A stretch of 64,000 nucleotides of DNA from Betaproteobacteria bacterium (GTDB lineage Bacteria; Pseudomonadota; Gammaproteobacteria; Burkholderiales; SG8-41). The position numbers and the translations under genes were made by a program. Of the stretch, positions 30,289-39,929 are shown one piece after another (position 1 is the first letter of the stretch; every line of letters starts with the position of its first letter). A model generated the notes under the pieces. The model saw nothing but the letters and a program-made list of their open reading frames with translations. It was not told the origin of the DNA and did not search any database. The stretch lies in assembly GCA_052389535.1 (NCBI GenBank), contig JBQTHU010000061.1, positions 15,132-79,131 of the forward strand, read 5' to 3'.

Positions 30289-31962
30289 ATGGCTCAATAC
30301 GTTTACACCATGCGCCGGGTCGGGAAGGTGGTGCCGCCCAAGCGCGTGGTTCTCGAAGACATCTCCCTGTCGTTTTTTCCCGGCGCCAAAATCGGCGTGC
30401 TCGGCCTGAACGGAGCCGGCAAGTCGAGCCTGCTGAAGATCATGGCGGGCGTCGATCGCGACTTCATCGGCGAGGCGCTGCCGATGCCCGACATGCGGAT
30501 CGGTTACCTGCCGCAGGAGCCGCAGCTCGACCCGGGCAAGGACGTCCGCGGCAACGTAGAGGAGGGTGTAGCGGACAGCATGGCGCTGATCAACCGCTTC
30601 AACGCGATCAGCGAGCGCTTTGCCGAGCCGCTGGAAGACGCGGAGATGAACCGGCTGCTCGAGGAGCAGGGCGAACTGCAGGCCAGGATCGACGCGGCGG
30701 ACGCCTGGGAGCTCGACCGTAAACTCGAAGTGGCTGCGGATGCTTTGCGGCTGCCCCCCTGGGACGCCGATGTGGAGCGTATCTCCGGCGGTGAGCGTCG
30801 CCGCGTGGCGCTGTGCCGGCTGCTGCTCTCGCGGCCCGACATGCTGCTCCTGGACGAGCCCACCAACCACCTCGACGCGTTGTCGGTGCAGTGGCTGGAG
30901 CAGTTCCTGGAGCGCTATCCGGGCACGGTGATCGCGGTCACGCATGACCGCTACTTCCTGGACAACGTGGCGGGCTGGATACTGGAGCTCGACCGGGGCC
31001 GTGGCATCCCGTGGGAGGGCAACTACTCGTCCTGGCTGGAACAGAAGGAGAAGCGCCTGGAGATCGAAGCGCGGCAGGAGTCGGCGCGGATCAAGGCGAT
31101 GCAGGCGGAGCTGGAGTGGGTGCGCGCCAATCCGAAAGCGCGTCAGGCGAAAAGCAAAGCGCGACTCGCGCGCTTCGAGGAGCTGGCCTCCGCCGACGTA
31201 CAGAAGCGCAGCGAAACGAACGAGATCTACATACCGCCGGGCCCCCATCTTGGTAACCTGGCGATAGAGGCCGAGGGCCTTTCCAAGTCGTTCGGCGACC
31301 GGCCGCTCTTCGCCGGACTGTCGTTCCGCTTGCCGCCGGGCGGTATCGTGGGAATTATCGGCCCCAACGGGGCCGGCAAGACCACACTGTTTCGCATCCT
31401 GGTCGGTCAGCAGCGGCCCGATGCGGGCACGCTGCGCATCGGCGAAACGGTCAGGATCGCGCACGTGGATCAGAGCCGGGACGCGCTCAATCCCGCGAAG
31501 ACGGTGTGGGAGGAGATTTCCGGTGGCCAGGACACCATACAGGTCGGAAACTACGCCACGGCAAGCCGCGGGTATGTGGCGCGTTTCAACTTCAAGGGGG
31601 CCGATCAGCAGAAGACGGTCGGCGAGCTTTCCGGCGGCGAGCGCAATCGCCTGCACCTCGCCAGGCTGCTGAAGAGCGGCGGTAACGTGCTGCTGCTGGA
31701 CGAACCCACCAACGATCTGGACGTCGAAACGCTGCGTGCGCTCGAACAGGCGCTGCTCGATTTCCCCGGATGCGCGGTCGTCATTTCACACGATCGCTGG
31801 TTTCTCGACCGGATTGCGACGCATATCCTGGCGTTCGAAGAGGACGGCCTCACGGTGTGGTTCGAAGGCAACTACGCCGAGTATCTCGCGGACCGCCGCA
31901 GGCGCCTTGGCGCGGATGCCGATCAGCCGCACCGTGCGCGATTCCGGCCGTTGACTGCCTGA
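30289..31962 (+). CDS. ettA: Energy-dependent translational throttle protein EttA (ABC-F)
   Basis: [28 protein letters not shown], two ABC domains, ELEWVR. Confidence 0.95.
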   Translation: MAQYVYTMRRVGKVVPPKRVVLEDISLSFFPGAKIGVLGLNGAGKSSLLKIMAGVDRDFIGEALPMPDMRIGYLPQEPQLDPGKDVRGNVEEGVADSMALINRFNAISERFAEPLEDAEMNRLLEEQGELQARIDAADAWELDRKLEVAADALRLPPWDADVERISGGERRRVALCRLLLSRPDMLLLDEPTNHLDALSVQWLEQFLERYPGTVIAVTHDRYFLDNVAGWILELDRGRGIPWEGNYSSWLEQKEKRLEIEARQESARIKAMQAELEWVRANPKARQAKSKARLARFEELASADVQKRSETNEIYIPPGPHLGNLAIEAEGLSKSFGDRPLFAGLSFRLPPGGIVGIIGPNGAGKTTLFRILVGQQRPDAGTLRIGETVRIAHVDQSRDALNPAKTVWEEISGGQDTIQVGNYATASRGYVARFNFKGADQQKTVGELSGGERNRLHLARLLKSGGNVLLLDEPTNDLDVETLRALEQALLDFPGCAVVISHDRWFLDRIATHILAFEEDGLTVWFEGNYAEYLADRRRRLGADADQPHRARFRPLTA

Positions 31963-32069
31963 GCCGCCAGCGAGCACCTGTAATACTCGCGCGCTATCCA
32001 CGCGGGCTATCGTCGGGCAGATTACAAGCGCATAATAGCGCCAGGCACGCCGCCAACCAGGGGAGGTGA

Positions 32070-34190
32070 ATGGGCGCACTGCCGGAGCATCGAGTCGGAG
32101 ACCTAGTTCAGACAGCGCACACGCTGGTGCGCAACTTCCTCAACATTCTGCCCGACCCGGCGTGGGTCAAGGACACGGCCGGACGGTACCTAGCAGTCAA
32201 TCCCGCTTACAGGAGCCGTTACCAGCCGCTCGTCAACGGCGCAGCCGATGTCATAGGCCTGACGGACTTCGACCTGTTCTCACGCGAGCAGGCGGAAGCG
32301 GCGCTCGCGCAGGAGCGCGAGATCATGCAGACCCGCGGCGCATTGAGTGTCCGTCAGGCGCTGCAAGGCCCCAAGGGCAAGCTCTTCCACTTCGATGTGT
32401 ACAAGATCGCGCTGATCGGCGAAGCGGGAAACATCGAGGGCAGCGTCGGTCTTGCGCGCGAGGTAACCGAGGCGGCGGAAGTGGAAGCGCTGCGCGGCCG
32501 CGAGCGCTCCATCTCGACGCTCATCCACAACCTGCCGGGCATGGTCTACCGTTGTCACAACGATGTGGACTGGAAGTTCGATTTCGTGAGCGAAGGTTGC
32601 CGTCCACTCACCGGGTATCCACCCGAGGATTTCATCGACAACCGGGTCCGCACCTGGAACTCGCTCATCGTGCTCGAAGACCTCGAGCGCGTCTGGGAGG
32701 AGCGCCGCGAGCAGCTGCAGCTGCGAAACACCTACTCGATCGAGTACCGCATCCAGCACGCCGATGGCTCGCTGCACTGGGTGTGGGAACGCGGCAACGG
32801 AACGGCGCCGGAGCGGGGCGTTGCGAGCGCCGTGGAAGGATTCATCACCGACATCACGGACACGCGGCACTACCTGGACGAGCTGGTCTACCGGGCGACG
32901 CACGATACGCTTACCGGACTCGCCAACCGCACGCTGCTGATTGATCACATACGGCACGGCATCGCTTACGGACAGCGCTATCAACGGATGGTGGCCGTGC
33001 TGGTGCTCAACGTCGACAACTTCAAGTACGTCAACGAAAGCCTGGGGCACGATGCGGGAGACGAGTTGCTGAAGGAAATTGCCGGACGCCTGCGCAGCGC
33101 GCTGCGCGAGCACGACACGATCTCGCGCATCGGCGCCGACTCGTTTGCGATGGTGCTCATCGACCAGGAAAACCTGGGTGCCACTTCGCAGGTCATGAAC
33201 CGGCTGCTGAACGTGGTCCGCAAGCCGGTGCTGCTGCACGCGCAGGAAGCGTTCGTCACCTGCAGCGTGGGCTGCGCATTGCACCCTTCGGACGGCGACG
33301 ATCCCGAGACGCTGCTGCGGCGCGCCGATACGGCGATGCACCGGGCGCGCGCCCAGGGGCGCAACTGCTTCTATTTTTATTCGGCGGACATCGATCGCAA
33401 CACCGAAGAGCGCCTGCATCTGGAAGCGAATCTGCGGCGCGCGGCCGGACGCGGCGAGCTGTTCCTTCAGTATCAGCCCCAGCTGCGCCTGTCGGACAGC
33501 ACGCCGATCGGCATCGAGGCGCTGGTGCGCTGGCGGCATCCGGAGCTGGGCATCGTCTCGCCGGGCCGGTTCATCCCGCTCGCCGAGGAAACCGATCTCA
33601 TCGTCAGTATTGGCGACTGGGTCCTGCGCGAGGCGTGCAGCGAGACGAAACGCCTGCTGGAGGCCGGGGTCGCCATCGGGCACGTCGCCGTCAATCTGTC
33701 GGCCCGCCAGTTCCGCGACCGCCGGCTCGTCGCGCGTGTGGCCGAAATTCTCGAAGCCACCGGGCTAGACTCCAGCCACCTCGAGCTCGAGATCACCGAA
33801 AGTCTCGTCATGCAGGACGTCGAGGCGGTGATCGGCAAGCTGAAAGAACTCAAAGCGCTGGGGATCCAGCTTTCGATCGACGATTTCGGAACCGGTTATT
33901 CGAGCCTGAGTTACCTGAGACGCTTCCCCATCGACCGCATCAAGATCGACCAGTCCTTTACCCGCGAGGTGGACACTTCCCCGGACGCGGCAGCCATCGC
34001 CCGCGCAGTGATCCAGCTCGGGCACGCGCTCGGATTGCTGGTGATCGCGGAGGGAGTGGAGAACGAGGGACAGCTGCGCTTCCTGCGGGAGAACGCTTGC
34101 GACGAAATCCAGGGCTACCTCTACGCCCGGCCGCTGGATCCGGACAAACTGCAAGGCATGTTGAAGATGCCGCCGCCGCTGCCTGCATAG
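32070..34190 (+). CDS. PAS-PAS-GGDEF(degenerate)-EAL protein, probable c-di-GMP phosphodiesterase
   Basis: Two PAS domains; GADSF in place of GGDEF; intact EAL, ELEITES, DDFGTGYSSL, AEGVE, QGY. Confidence 0.9.
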   Translation: MGALPEHRVGDLVQTAHTLVRNFLNILPDPAWVKDTAGRYLAVNPAYRSRYQPLVNGAADVIGLTDFDLFSREQAEAALAQEREIMQTRGALSVRQALQGPKGKLFHFDVYKIALIGEAGNIEGSVGLAREVTEAAEVEALRGRERSISTLIHNLPGMVYRCHNDVDWKFDFVSEGCRPLTGYPPEDFIDNRVRTWNSLIVLEDLERVWEERREQLQLRNTYSIEYRIQHADGSLHWVWERGNGTAPERGVASAVEGFITDITDTRHYLDELVYRATHDTLTGLANRTLLIDHIRHGIAYGQRYQRMVAVLVLNVDNFKYVNESLGHDAGDELLKEIAGRLRSALREHDTISRIGADSFAMVLIDQENLGATSQVMNRLLNVVRKPVLLHAQEAFVTCSVGCALHPSDGDDPETLLRRADTAMHRARAQGRNCFYFYSADIDRNTEERLHLEANLRRAAGRGELFLQYQPQLRLSDSTPIGIEALVRWRHPELGIVSPGRFIPLAEETDLIVSIGDWVLREACSETKRLLEAGVAIGHVAVNLSARQFRDRRLVARVAEILEATGLDSSHLELEITESLVMQDVEAVIGKLKELKALGIQLSIDDFGTGYSSLSYLRRFPIDRIKIDQSFTREVDTSPDAAAIARAVIQLGHALGLLVIAEGVENEGQLRFLRENACDEIQGYLYARPLDPDKLQGMLKMPPPLPA

Positions 34191-34191
34191 C

Positions 34192-34217
34192 ACACGGGCG
34201 GCCCGCGCCGCCCGTGT
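34192..34217. terminator. Hairpin between convergent genes
   Basis: ACACGGGCGGC-ccgc-GCCGCCCGTGT perfect 11-bp stem; no strong T-run. Confidence 0.6.
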
Positions 34218-34239
34218 AGCCTTACCGTTGCGTTTACGT

Positions 34240-34467
34240 CTAGTCTACGCGACGCCGGATGTCGTCCCCGTACTGGTGACCGATGAATCCGCCGGCCGCA
34301 GCGCCACCCAGCGTGCCGAGCGCGCTTCCGCCGGACACCGCTGCGCCTCCTACGCCGCCAACCGCAGCGCCCACAGCAGCATCGCGTTCACGTGGGGTCA
34401 TGTTGGAACAGCCGGCGAGCGACGCCGCCAGCAGCACGACCAGTGCAGAAGCTTTCAAACTTGTCAT
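34240..34467 (-). CDS. OsmB-like glycine-zipper lipoprotein
   Basis: Lipobox LAGC; GAAVGGVGGAAV...GTLGGAAAGGFIGH; GGAGG RBS. Confidence 0.85.
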   Translation of the reverse strand: MTSLKASALVVLLAASLAGCSNMTPRERDAAVGAAVGGVGGAAVSGGSALGTLGGAAAGGFIGHQYGDDIRRRVD

Positions 34468-34671
34468 GAGTGCCTCCATCTGTCGAGTCGAAAAACGAAG
34501 GCCCGGATACAAACGGACCACACGACAGACTGACCGGCAGCGAGTAGCTGAAGTTCAGACAGCGCGGATCGTTATCAAATTTTTTCAGCTGTCGCCCTGT
34601 AATGCCGGCCGACGGCAATACATGGTCAAAAATAACTAGCGACGCATCGTCGCCGCACGGCGACGCGAATC

Positions 34672-35430
34672 TCAGCCGCGGCCCACAAACGGCATCCTGG
34701 TCGCCATGATCGTCATGAACTGCACGTTGACTTCGAGCGGCAGGCTCGCGAGGTAGCGCACGGCTTCACCCACATAAGCGACGTCCATCATGGGTTCGAC
34801 TTTGACGGAGCCGTCCGCCTGCTTCACCCCTTTCGACATGCGCGCGGCAAGTTCCGTCATGGCGTTGCCGATGTCGATCTGGCTGCAGGCGATGTCGTAC
34901 TTGCGGCCGTCGAGCGAAATCGTCCTGGTAAGCCCGGTGATCGCGTGCTTGCTCGCGGTATAGGGCGCGGAGTCCGGGCGCGGCACATGCGCGGAGATGC
35001 TGCCGTTGTTGATGATGCGGCCGCCGCGGGGCGACTGGTCCTTCATCGTCCGGAATGCCTCCTGCGCGCACAGGAACGAACCGGTGAGGTTGACGTCCAC
35101 GACGGTTTTCCACCGCTCGTAGGGCAGGTCCTCGAACGGAACGCCGGGCGCATTGGCGCCGGCGTTGTTGAACAGCACGTCAACCCGGCCGCAGACGTCT
35201 CTCACGCGCGCAAAGAGCGACTTGACGGCAGCGGGATCGCTGACATCTGTCGGCACGACCAGCGCGCGTTCTCCGGCCTCCTGCGCTCCCTTGGCTGTTT
35301 CCTCCAACGCGTCCTTGCGCCGCCCCGCGAGCGCCACCCGGAAACCGTCCTTCAGCAGCGCAAGCGCGGCGGCGCGACCGATGCCGCTGCCCGCGCCGGT
35401 TACGATTGCGACCCTGCTGTGTGCGGTCAC
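34672..35430 (-). CDS. SDR family oxidoreductase
   Basis: [17 protein letters not shown]; GGAGG RBS before GTG. Confidence 0.92.
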   Translation of the reverse strand: MTAHSRVAIVTGAGSGIGRAAALALLKDGFRVALAGRRKDALEETAKGAQEAGERALVVPTDVSDPAAVKSLFARVRDVCGRVDVLFNNAGANAPGVPFEDLPYERWKTVVDVNLTGSFLCAQEAFRTMKDQSPRGGRIINNGSISAHVPRPDSAPYTASKHAITGLTRTISLDGRKYDIACSQIDIGNAMTELAARMSKGVKQADGSVKVEPMMDVAYVGEAVRYLASLPLEVNVQFMTIMATRMPFVGRG

Positions 35431-35578
35431 GGCATGCCTCCTCTTGATTATCGCAGGCGCTATGCTACCGCAGTGAGGCAGTCATAGTAGTTGTCGCTGC
35501 CGCCCCGGAACGCTGCCGACCAAAGCGTAAGCCGCCACTGGCATTTGTCGCCCCGGCACGACGCCTCCCGCCCGGCCG

Positions 35579-35603
35579 TTACAAATCCTTACAACAACTT
35601 ACA
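35579..35603. promoter_or_regulatory. Three TTACA direct repeats with 10-bp period; likely OmpR/CpxR-type regulator site
   Basis: TTACAaatccTTACAacaacTTACA, upstream of the small lipoprotein. Confidence 0.55.
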
Positions 35604-35677
35604 CACTGCACGGGGGCGGTTCCGCTATCGTACGCGTCGTGCACGAACAGCAGACTGAGGACTTTCAGGAGAATTCC

Positions 35678-35863
35678 ATGAAAAGCACGATCGCTGCGGT
35701 GCTGATGGCGATGACGCTCGCCGGATGTGTGGCGGTGCCCTATGATCCCTCGCCGGGTTACGGCTATTATGCGCCGGGCCCGTATTATTACGGCCCGCCC
35801 GCGACGTTTCACTTCGGATATCACCACTACGGTGGGCGACGCCATCACAGGCATCGTCACTGA
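35678..35863 (+). CDS. Small Tyr/Pro/Gly/His-rich lipoprotein
   Basis: AGGAG RBS; MKSTIAAVLMAMTLAG-C lipobox; His/Arg-rich tail. Confidence 0.8.
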   Translation: MKSTIAAVLMAMTLAGCVAVPYDPSPGYGYYAPGPYYYGPPATFHFGYHHYGGRRHHRHRH

Positions 35864-35872
35864 TGCCGCGCT

Positions 35873-36616
35873 TCAGCGGTAGGCGTTGAGCTGCCCCGCG
35901 CGTTCGACCTCGCCGCTGATCGTCCCGAGCGCGTCCAGGATGCGCGTTCCGGCCGCGCTTGCCGTTTGTTCGTCCCACAGGCCCGGCGGATCGACATGTG
36001 CTGCGATCCTCGCGCGCGAGCCGGCGTACTGCTGAAGAAGGTCGGCCAAAGCCGCGGTGGTAATCCGGTAGCGCCGAAAATCGGCCTCCAGCCGGGTCTT
36101 GTGGCGCACCGCCTGGCTGATCCACGCGCCGGTCCGGTTGTCTGCGCGCATGTGCGCGCGCAGCGTGCCGATGCTGGTGGCGACCTGCCCCCGGTGGCGG
36201 TACTCCGCCGCCCGACGCCGCAGAATCTCGCGGGCGGTGAGGAGATACTCATCCGCAGCGGACGCCAGTTCTTCGATCGACGCGGCATCGATATCGCGCA
36301 GCTTCATCAGGGACTGGTCCGCCGCTATGGCGTGGCGTTCCAGCGCCGTTATGATGGCGTCGTCGTGGGAGGACGAGTCGATTTCACCGCGCAGCGCGTC
36401 GGCCAGCCTGGTACTCGCATCGTGAACCAGCGCGATCACGAATTTGGGGAGGGTGTACTTGCGGTGCTGGCCGTAGCTCCAATAGGCCAGCCAGACGATT
36501 GCGAGCGCGATTGCCGCCCACGCTGCAGCGCGGGTGCAGACTTGTCGCAGCGAATGGCGCGGCCCGCGCCAGCTTTCCGCAAGATCTTCGGCTGCCTCCC
36601 CTTCGTGCCCGTTCAT
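35873..36616 (-). CDS. Hypothetical single-TM helical protein (paralog B)
   Basis: N-terminal TM; strong similarity to 37361-38050; ATGA overlap with the udgX stop. Confidence 0.8.
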   Translation of the reverse strand: MNGHEGEAAEDLAESWRGPRHSLRQVCTRAAAWAAIALAIVWLAYWSYGQHRKYTLPKFVIALVHDASTRLADALRGEIDSSSHDDAIITALERHAIAADQSLMKLRDIDAASIEELASAADEYLLTAREILRRRAAEYRHRGQVATSIGTLRAHMRADNRTGAWISQAVRHKTRLEADFRRYRITTAALADLLQQYAGSRARIAAHVDPPGLWDEQTASAAGTRILDALGTISGEVERAGQLNAYR

Positions 36617-37284
36617 GAGGCGATCACGCGCCGGGCTGCCTGAAGGTCGTCCACGAAGCGGCGGTACGCCTGAGCCTTGGAATCGTCGGGGATGCGCAGC
36701 AGCGCCGAGGGATGCACGGTGATCAGCAAGCGCATGTTCCCGGCCAGCGGCAGCAGCCGCCCGCGGTTGGCCTCCACCGGCGTGGAGCGCCCGAGCAGGG
36801 CGCGCGCCGCGGTGGCGCCGAGCGCCACCACGAGGCGGGGCGCGACGAACTCGAGTTCGCGTTCAAGCCATTGATGGCAGGCATCGATTTCGGCGTGAGC
36901 CGGCTTTTTGTGCATGCGCCGCTTGCCGCGCGGCACGAACTTGAAATGTTTCACCGCATTGGTCACGTAGGTACTCCCGCGTTCGATGCCTGCTTCCATC
37001 AGTGCCCGGTCGAGCAGTCTGCCCGCAGGGCCGACGAAGGGTTGACCGAGGCGGTCTTCCTTGTCCCCGGGTTGCTCGCCCACCAGCATGATGACCGCAT
37101 GCGGTTCGCCTTCACCGAATACGGTCTGCGTGGCGTCCCGCCAGAGCGGGCAGGCACGACAGCCCCGGGCTGCGCGACGTGCTTGCTCGAGTGTCTGGGC
37201 GGGGATGGCCGGCTGCGCCGTGCCCGTGGATCGGCTGACGGGCGGATCGGTGTGGGCCTTCGAGGGGCGGGGCAAGCGGTACAT
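36613..37284 (-). CDS. udgX: UdgX-family uracil-DNA binding protein (family 4 UDG-like, Fe-S); start uncertain
   Basis: CRACPLW, GEQPG, TNAVKHFKF, R-loop KRRMHKKP, HPSALLR. Confidence 0.88.
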   Translation of the reverse strand: MYRLPRPSKAHTDPPVSRSTGTAQPAIPAQTLEQARRAARGCRACPLWRDATQTVFGEGEPHAVIMLVGEQPGDKEDRLGQPFVGPAGRLLDRALMEAGIERGSTYVTNAVKHFKFVPRGKRRMHKKPAHAEIDACHQWLERELEFVAPRLVVALGATAARALLGRSTPVEANRGRLLPLAGNMRLLITVHPSALLRIPDDSKAQAYRRFVDDLQAARRVIAS

Positions 37285-37360
37285 CCGCGGGAAGGAGATG
37301 GAATATGGAGTGCCGCCGGGGACGCGGGTTCCATCGTGATTGCGGGCGCAGTCGGCGCGC

Positions 37361-38050
37361 CTAACGGTACACGCGCAATTGCCGCATGTGCTCCATCTCC
37401 TCACGGGCGTGCGCTGCTGCGGCAATGACGTCTCCCCGCACTGACGCGACCAGTTGCGCGTCGGTAAGCAGTGCGGAGTCTATCTGCGGCAGCATCTTGT
37501 CGCGCGCGACCGGAAAGCTGGCGAGCAGCGTGTCGAGCGCGTTCAGCGCCCGGCTGTAGTCGCGATAGTCCTCTTCGACACACTCCTTCAGACGTACCGC
37601 ACCGGTCACCCACTCGCCCGTGCGATCGTCGGTCCGCATGTGGGTGTCCAGCGTCCGCATGCTCGCCGTAAGGCGCACGCGATGGCGTTGGCTTGAAGCC
37701 CACCGCAGCAGGATCTCGCGACTCGTGAGCAGATAATCGTCCGCAGCGCTGGACAGCTCGGGCAGCAGCGCGCCGTCTGCGCTCTTCACCTTGCGGAAGT
37801 GTGCGTCCACGGTCTCTGCGTCATCGTAAAACTTGCGCAGCAATCCCGGGTTGTCGACCGCAGTCTTCGGCACCTGAGTCGTGAGTGCGGCACGCATCCG
37901 CGCACTGGCGTCCTGGACGAGACCCGAAATCTCTTGGCGTAACTGGTGTTCACGCAGTTCCGCATAGCCCCAGTATCCGAACGCGGACGTTGCCCCCAGC
38001 GCGCCTGCAACCACCAGTGCTGTCCGGGCTTTCAGGATCGAAAACGCCAT
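37361..38050 (-). CDS. Hypothetical single-TM helical protein (paralog A)
   Basis: AAGGAGG RBS; N-terminal TM; similarity to 35873-36616. Confidence 0.82.
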   Translation of the reverse strand: MAFSILKARTALVVAGALGATSAFGYWGYAELREHQLRQEISGLVQDASARMRAALTTQVPKTAVDNPGLLRKFYDDAETVDAHFRKVKSADGALLPELSSAADDYLLTSREILLRWASSQRHRVRLTASMRTLDTHMRTDDRTGEWVTGAVRLKECVEEDYRDYSRALNALDTLLASFPVARDKMLPQIDSALLTDAQLVASVRGDVIAAAAHAREEMEHMRQLRVYR

Positions 38051-38427
38051 GTGCAGCCTCCTTCAGTGGTGTTCATGAACTTTATACATTAAATCAACTT
38101 AGACCTACAAGCCTTTGTCTTAAAAAAGGACACGTTGCTTCAAATTTGCAACACTCGCGCTGTGACAAGCCGGCAGCAGGTCATTCGGTCGTTTGCTGTC
38201 GCCAGATTGCAACGATCCTGATTACGGCGTCGTGCACGCTGTCTTGGAAGCCCGGGGCGACGCCGGTGAAAAGTGAACTTCGCCCTGAAAACCGGCTCAC
38301 ACCGCTTATCCGGCTCGCGTGCCGATCAGGCGCAGAGCGCGCTCTCCAAGCGCGCCATAAATACGCAAGCCGCGCCTCGAAATTTCAAATGCCGTGCGGG
38401 CGCACGATCCAGCGAGAGGTTTGTTAC

Positions 38428-39828
38428 ATGCCGCATGCACTACTGGTGGACGACGACACCAATACGCTTTCGGGGCTGGCAGAGCTTGTCGCGCGCGAAG
38501 GGTTCACAGTCGCAACCGCCTCGAGCCTGCGGGAGGCGCGAGAAAGTTTGAACCAGCGCCACCCGGACGTGGTGGTGCTGGACCTGTGTCTTCCCGACGG
38601 CAGCGGCATGGATCTGTTCAACGACGTGAAGTCACGCGCCGTCACCGAAGTCGTGCTGATCACCGGACACGCAACCCTGGAAAGCTCGATCGAGGCGCTG
38701 CGGCTGGGCGCGGCCGACTATCTGATCAAGCCGGTCAACGTGAAGCAGTTGAAGGCGATCCTGTCGCGCGTGGCGCGCCCCGCCGACCTCAAATCCGAGA
38801 TCCGGGCGCTGCGCGAAGAGTTGCGCGAACTGGGACGGTTCGGGCGCCTGCTCGGCGCGGCGCCCGCCATGCAGCACGTCTACGACCAGATTCAGCGCGT
38901 TGCGCCGACCGCCGCCACGGTGCTCATCACCGGTGAGAGCGGCACCGGCAAGGAACTGGTGGCGCAGACGATCCATGACCTCAGCCGCCGCCGCAAGGAA
39001 CTGTTTCTGCCGGTCAACTGCGCGGCGATCTCGCCCCAGCTCATCGAAAGCGAGATGTTCGGCCACGAGCGCGGCAGTTTCACGGGCGCGACGCGCGAGC
39101 ATAAGGGCTATTTCGAGCGTGCCAGCGGCGGCACGGTGCTGCTCGATGAAATCACCGAAATGCCGGTGGAGCTCCAGGTGAAGCTGCTGCGGGTGCTCGA
39201 ATCGGGCGTATTCATGCGCGTGGGCTCGACCCGCGAAATCGACGTTGACGTCCGCATCATAGCGGCCACCAACCGCGTACCCGAGGAAGCGCTGGCCGAG
39301 GGGAAGCTGCGCGAGGACCTGCTCTACCGGCTGCGTGTCTTTCCGCTGCACCTGCCGCCGCTCCGTGAACGCGGAGAGGACATCGTGATCCTCGGCAATC
39401 ATTTCCTCGACGAAATGAACCGCATCGAGTCGGCGGGCAAGCGCTTCGCCCCGACCGTGCTCGAGCGGCTCAAGGCGTACGACTGGCCGGGGAACGTGCG
39501 CGAGCTGAGAAACGTGGTCCAGCGCGCCTTCATCATGGCCGACGAGGTTCTGGACGAGCACTGCCTGCCGCCGGAACTGAGCCAGGTACGGCCGGGCACG
39601 GGTCCTTTTTTTCAGGTTCGCGCAGGCAGCAAGGTGGCCGACGTCGAACGCCAGCTGATCCTGGCTACGCTCGAGCAGTGCGGCGGCACGAAGGAAAAGG
39701 CGGCGGCGATGCTGGGAATCAGCCTGAAGACACTCTACAACCGGCTGCGCGAGTACGATTCCCGGAAGGACACCCACGCGGGCTCGGCTTCCGCCTCCGG
39801 GTCGCCGGACACGGTGATGGCCGACTGA
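38428..39828 (+). CDS. Sigma54-dependent response regulator (NtrC family: REC-AAA+-Fis HTH)
   Basis: LLVDDD, DLCLPD, GESGTGKE, GSFTGA, WPGNVRELRN, LGISLKTLYNRL. Confidence 0.95.
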   Translation: MPHALLVDDDTNTLSGLAELVAREGFTVATASSLREARESLNQRHPDVVVLDLCLPDGSGMDLFNDVKSRAVTEVVLITGHATLESSIEALRLGAADYLIKPVNVKQLKAILSRVARPADLKSEIRALREELRELGRFGRLLGAAPAMQHVYDQIQRVAPTAATVLITGESGTGKELVAQTIHDLSRRRKELFLPVNCAAISPQLIESEMFGHERGSFTGATREHKGYFERASGGTVLLDEITEMPVELQVKLLRVLESGVFMRVGSTREIDVDVRIIAATNRVPEEALAEGKLREDLLYRLRVFPLHLPPLRERGEDIVILGNHFLDEMNRIESAGKRFAPTVLERLKAYDWPGNVRELRNVVQRAFIMADEVLDEHCLPPELSQVRPGTGPFFQVRAGSKVADVERQLILATLEQCGGTKEKAAAMLGISLKTLYNRLREYDSRKDTHAGSASASGSPDTVMAD

Positions 39829-39929
39829 GGCGATCGTGCGAGGCATGGGCGCCCGAAGCAGCGACCATGGTCCCGTTGGAACGGGTAGCCCAGCGCGTTC
39901 GCTTCAAGCGCCGACGGTAGCGTACGGGT

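Noticed and set aside
37291-37364. AAGGAG followed by tiny + strand ORFs (MEYGVPPGTRVPS; MECRRGRGFHRDCGRSRRA)
   Set aside because: Very short, antisense to the operon, no independent support
38220-38345. Additional GG-N10-GC matches (also near 11692 and 43620)
   Set aside because: They lack the TGGCAC/TTGC flanks and are expected by chance at this GC content
37885-38427. 181-aa N-terminal extension of the NtrC-like ORF
   Set aside because: It overlaps gene A on the opposite strand and crosses the AT-rich promoter; the receiver domain starts at ATG 38428 after a GAGG RBS
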